64,000 nucleotides of DNA from Nitrospirales bacterium (GTDB taxonomy: Bacteria > Nitrospirota > Nitrospiria > Nitrospirales > UBA8639), in the NCBI GenBank assembly GCA_020027535.1, contig JAHRAK010000002.1:4646-68645 (forward strand). Reading direction: 5' to 3'. Shown here in pieces: positions 59,863 through 64,000 of the stretch; the stretch's first letter is position 1, and every line of letters begins with the position of its first letter. The notes under the pieces are model-generated. The model searched no databases, had not been told where the DNA came from, and saw nothing but the letters and a program-made list of their open reading frames with translations. Position numbers and translations under genes: made by a program.

Positions 59863-60351
59863 TCACGCACTTGGCACTTCGACCAGCCACCGTCCAATGA
59901 TCCAATTGGCCACGATGGCCACAAGTCCATCCACTATCGCTTGAGGAAGTAAGATAGAGGAAAACCCATGGAGCATCTCTCCCAGGCCCATCCCCATACG
60001 GGACGACAGTAAAAACACGATTGCCGAAAGAATGGAACACGCCATGATCGGCATAAAGGCTGCATAGGATGCCCTATTGGCCAAATTCTTGGCGAAGACG
60101 CCGGCCAAGAGTCCCACCCCGGCTTTCGTGAACGTATGCAGCCCAAACGGACCAGCAGAAAATAAATCCTGGATAAACCCCAGGCAGAACCCCACGATGA
60201 CTCCTGGAACCTGTCCCGTCCGAAATCCGACCAAACAGGCGAGGACGAGACAGAGGTCCGGCTGAATCCCAAAAGGACTCAGAAAATAGAACACGGTGGC
60301 CTGAAAGGAAAAAAGAAACAGGATGAAAACTGCATACGCACTGATTTTCAT
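59863..60351 (-). CDS. mreD: Rod shape-determining protein MreD
   Basis: A small polytopic protein (about 5 TM helices) located between mreC and mrdA. Confidence 0.85.
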   Translation of the reverse strand: MKISAYAVFILFLFSFQATVFYFLSPFGIQPDLCLVLACLVGFRTGQVPGVIVGFCLGFIQDLFSAGPFGLHTFTKAGVGLLAGVFAKNLANRASYAAFMPIMACSILSAIVFLLSSRMGMGLGEMLHGFSSILLPQAIVDGLVAIVANWIIGRWLVEVPSA

Positions 60352-61250
60352 GGAGTTGGATTCTGGTGCCCTGGGGAAACCAACGCTTGCTCCAGGGAAA
60401 TCATGGCTTCCGGTGATCGGGGAGAAATGACGATCAGCACTTCGTCCAACTGTCGAAACTGCACCGCCGGCACGATTTCGGCGGTTTGGAATAAACTGTC
60501 TTCACTTTCTTCAACACGGGAGACTTCCCCGATCAACACCCCTCGTGGAAAGCCTCCCGTCAGCCCTGACGTGACCACGGAATCACCTTTTTTGACCGAG
60601 GAAAGCGGGGGGAGATATTTCATGCGCACAAGCCCTTGCGACGTTCCTTGAACAATCCCTTCATCTCGCGTTCGTTGAATCATTCCCGCAATGGCCACGT
60701 TCGGGTCGATCGCCAACAAGGCAATGCTCGTAGCCCCTGAGGTTCTGACGATTCGCCCCACCGCCCCGGCCGGCGTGATGACACCCATTTGCTCTCGAAT
60801 GCCACCATCTTCACCTTTATTCAGAATCACGCCTTGATACCAATTCGACAGACTTCGGCCAATGACCTTTGCGGCCACCGTCCGGACCGATTCGTCCGTC
60901 TGAAATTCCAATAACGCGGCTAACCGTTCCCCTGTCAACGCCTGTTCGCGCAATTGATTCACTTCACCTGTGAGTTGCCGGATTTTTTCCCGAAGCTCAT
61001 GGTTTTGTTCAGAAATGCCCTGGAGGGCAATATGCCGCATCCACCATTCACGCAGATCCCGATCAAGCATCGCCATACCCTCAATAGGAATGGCGACAAG
61101 GTCGGCAAAGGGTTGGCCTATCTGGTGAAGAAGGAATTGAGATTGCCGAGGCAGGAGGGCGAACACGACAAAGGCGACAGCCAAGAGGGCCACGCTGGCC
61201 CGCTTCACGCCGGAACCCCAAAATACCCCAGGCCGAAACCGGCCACGCAT
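60348..61250 (-). CDS. mreC: Rod shape-determining protein MreC
   Basis: Has an N-terminal anchor, a coiled coil (NHELREKIRQLTGEVNQLRE) and the motifs VITPAGAVGRIV and GDSVVTSGLTGGFPRGVLIGEV. Confidence 0.9.
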   Translation of the reverse strand: MRGRFRPGVFWGSGVKRASVALLAVAFVVFALLPRQSQFLLHQIGQPFADLVAIPIEGMAMLDRDLREWWMRHIALQGISEQNHELREKIRQLTGEVNQLREQALTGERLAALLEFQTDESVRTVAAKVIGRSLSNWYQGVILNKGEDGGIREQMGVITPAGAVGRIVRTSGATSIALLAIDPNVAIAGMIQRTRDEGIVQGTSQGLVRMKYLPPLSSVKKGDSVVTSGLTGGFPRGVLIGEVSRVEESEDSLFQTAEIVPAVQFRQLDEVLIVISPRSPEAMISLEQALVSPGHQNPTP

Positions 61251-61265
61251 AAGAAAGTTGTTCCT

Positions 61266-62336
<1,071 letters not shown>

Positions 62337-62527
62337 TCAGGTCTATGCTCACGAAAGACGACCACTCGCAGCCGGTAACAAAGGGAATACCGCTTTTCGG
62401 AGAGACGGAGGTGAGAAGGGCGAGCAATGCGTGTTCACTCTCTGATCAACCCCTCTGCGGGAGTCGCCTGCACCATATAAGTCGAGTAGTATAGCAGACC
62501 TTCCGCGTAACCTCAAAATTTTGTCCC

Positions 62528-62560
62528 TGGTATGAAAATAGCCCGAATCTGTCATGACCA
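62528..62560. repeat. Family A head motif (GGTATGAAAATAGCCCGAATCTGTCATGAC)
   Basis: Same motif as at 21288-21310 and 33201-33270. Confidence 0.6.
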
Positions 62561-62710
62561 CCCGGGCCTTTTTCAGGCCTTGAAGGGGGATATGATGATT
62601 GACACGCCTTCACGGAGAAGCAAAAATAGCGCAGTGTTCCCCCATGACGTGGACGCCCATGACCCTGTGCCCGGTTCCGGAAACGTGCTCCGGGCAATCC
62701 GGAATACGGC

Positions 62711-64000
62711 ATGAATTCCACGGGCGTCCGCTACCAACCCGACGAACAACCGCCGATGGCGCTCGCCTTCGGGCTGGGGCTGCAACTTGCCATTCTGAGC
62801 GTCGCCGCGACGGTCCTGGTGCCGGCCATCATCATCCGCGCCGCCGGTGGGACCGAATCCTACCTGTCATGGGCGGTGTTCGCCGCGGTCGCGGTCTGCG
62901 GCGCGACCACGGTGCTGCAGGCGGTTCGATTCGGCCGGATCGGTTCGGGCTACGTGCTCTTGATGAGCATCTCCGGAGCTTCCATTGCGATCAGTGTCAC
63001 GGCGCTTGCCAAAGGGGGGCCGGCCATGCTTGCCACCCTGGTCGTCGTCTCCTCGCTCGTTCCGCTTGCGCTTTCCACCCGGCTCTGGCTGCTCCGGCGA
63101 ATCCTGACGCCGACCGTCACGGGAACGGTGATCATGCTGATCCCGGTCACGGTGATGTCGCACGTCTTCGCGATGCTGAAGGACGTGCCGGCCGAACTGC
63201 CGGGTGTGGCGGCTCCGCTGAGCGCTCTGACGACCATACTCGTCATCGCCGGCAGCGTCCTGAAGGGAACGGGGACGTGGCGCCTCTGGGCGCCGGTGAC
63301 CGGCGTGGTCGCCGGGTCGATGGTCGCCGGGGTGTTCGGGCTCTACGACGCCGGCCGCGTCGCCGAGGCTTCGTGGATCGGACTTCCGAAGGGCGCATGG
63401 CCGGGCTTCGATCTCGAGTTCACGCCGGTTTTCTGGACGCTGCTTCCGGCATTCGTGCTCGTGGCCCTGATCGACACCATGCAAACGATCAGCGCGTCGA
63501 TCGCCATTCAGCACGTGTCCTGGCGCCGGCCTCGCGCGGTGGATTTCCGGGCGGTGCAGGGCGCCGTGGCCGCCGCGGGCATCGCCAAGCTGTTGGCCGG
63601 CCTCTCGGGAACGGTGCCGAACACCACCTACTCCACGACCGTCTCGGTGACCGAACTCACCGGCGTCGGCGCCCGTCGCGTCGGCATTGCCCTGGGGGCC
63701 GCGCTCATCGGGCTGGCCTTCCTTCCCAAGGCGCTCGCCGTGGTCCTGGCGATACCGGGCCCGATCGTCGCAGCCTACCTCGCCGTCTTTCTGGCGATGC
63801 TGTTTGTCATCGGCATGAACCTGGTCGTCCGGGACGGGATTGACTATCGCAAGGGCCTGGTCTGCGGGGTTTCGTTCTGGGTGGGGGTCGGCTTCCAAAA
63901 CGGCCTGATCTTCCCCGAGTCGGTTTCGGCATTCGCCGGGGGTCTTCTTCAGAACGGGATGACGGCCGGCGGGTTCGTGGCCATCCTCATGACCCTTTTC
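62711..64000 (+). CDS. NCS2-family (xanthine/uracil/purine) permease, partial - runs off right edge
   Basis: My own translation from ATG 62711 reads MNSTGVRYQPDEQPPMALAFGLGLQLAILSVAATVLVPAIIIRAAGG...VTGTVIMLIPVTV...TTYSTTVSVTELTGV...QNGMTAGGFVAILMTLF. It is open to position 64000, so it is absent from the ORF track. It is GC-rich. Confidence 0.8.
   Translation, partial: MNSTGVRYQPDEQPPMALAFGLGLQLAILSVAATVLVPAIIIRAAGGTESYLSWAVFAAVAVCGATTVLQAVRFGRIGSGYVLLMSISGASIAISVTALAKGGPAMLATLVVVSSLVPLALSTRLWLLRRILTPTVTGTVIMLIPVTVMSHVFAMLKDVPAELPGVAAPLSALTTILVIAGSVLKGTGTWRLWAPVTGVVAGSMVAGVFGLYDAGRVAEASWIGLPKGAWPGFDLEFTPVFWTLLPAFVLVALIDTMQTISASIAIQHVSWRRPRAVDFRAVQGAVAAAGIAKLLAGLSGTVPNTTYSTTVSVTELTGVGARRVGIALGAALIGLAFLPKALAVVLAIPGPIVAAYLAVFLAMLFVIGMNLVVRDGIDYRKGLVCGVSFWVGVGFQNGLIFPESVSAFAGGLLQNGMTAGGFVAILMTLF

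Noticed and set aside
62599-63898. 414-aa plus-strand ORF and 343-aa minus-strand ORF
   Set aside because: These are wrong frames of the GC-rich permease gene. They are Arg/Gly/His/Asp-rich junk, whereas the third frame gives a coherent polytopic NCS2-type sequence.

Overview
64-kb window from a diderm bacterium (lpxC, mlaA, a TonB-dependent receptor and mreBCD-mrdA-rodA are present). By eye the composition is mosaic. Positions 1-9391 are a very GC-rich type I polyketide synthase gene on the minus strand. Module 1 is KS-AT-DH-cMT-ER-KR-ACP and is followed by the KS-AT of module 2, which runs off the left edge. This reading frame is broken by three 1-nt frameshifts, and the KR catalytic Tyr is replaced by His. 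From 9.4 to 62.7 kb the GC is moderate and the genes are mostly housekeeping. They include a type IIA topoisomerase A/B pair with a ParD-like antitoxin gene wedged between the subunits, an M23 peptidase, a PQQ sugar dehydrogenase and mlaA. They also include an FG-GAP protein, hyuAB, a BtuB-like receptor, a POT transporter, lpxC, trkA, an NfeD/SPFH pair and trmI. Further along are REC plus HD-GYP, a rhodanese, tRNA-Leu-tig-clpP-clpX, topB, dprA (frameshifted), rng and the mreB-rodA operon. From 62711 to the right edge there is a GC-rich NCS2 permease gene that is open to the window end and therefore absent from the ORF track. Accessory content is as follows. A 218-bp direct duplication of the topoisomerase-B 3' end brackets a 1.5-kb cassette of orphan small ORFs (9789-11755). 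Downstream of tRNA-Ser(GGA) lie vapBC and a gutted type IIG restriction-modification gene. An IS3-type transposase remnant abuts a low-GC TbpB-like lipoprotein gene. Intergenic DNA is packed with at least five families of short palindromic or MITE-like repeats, some of which contribute stop codons or N-terminal extensions to neighbouring ORFs. No CRISPR array, rRNA, prophage or intact transposase was seen. All calls come from reading the sequence and the supplied ORF translations. Repeat coordinates are good to about 2-3 bp and start codons are often ambiguous.
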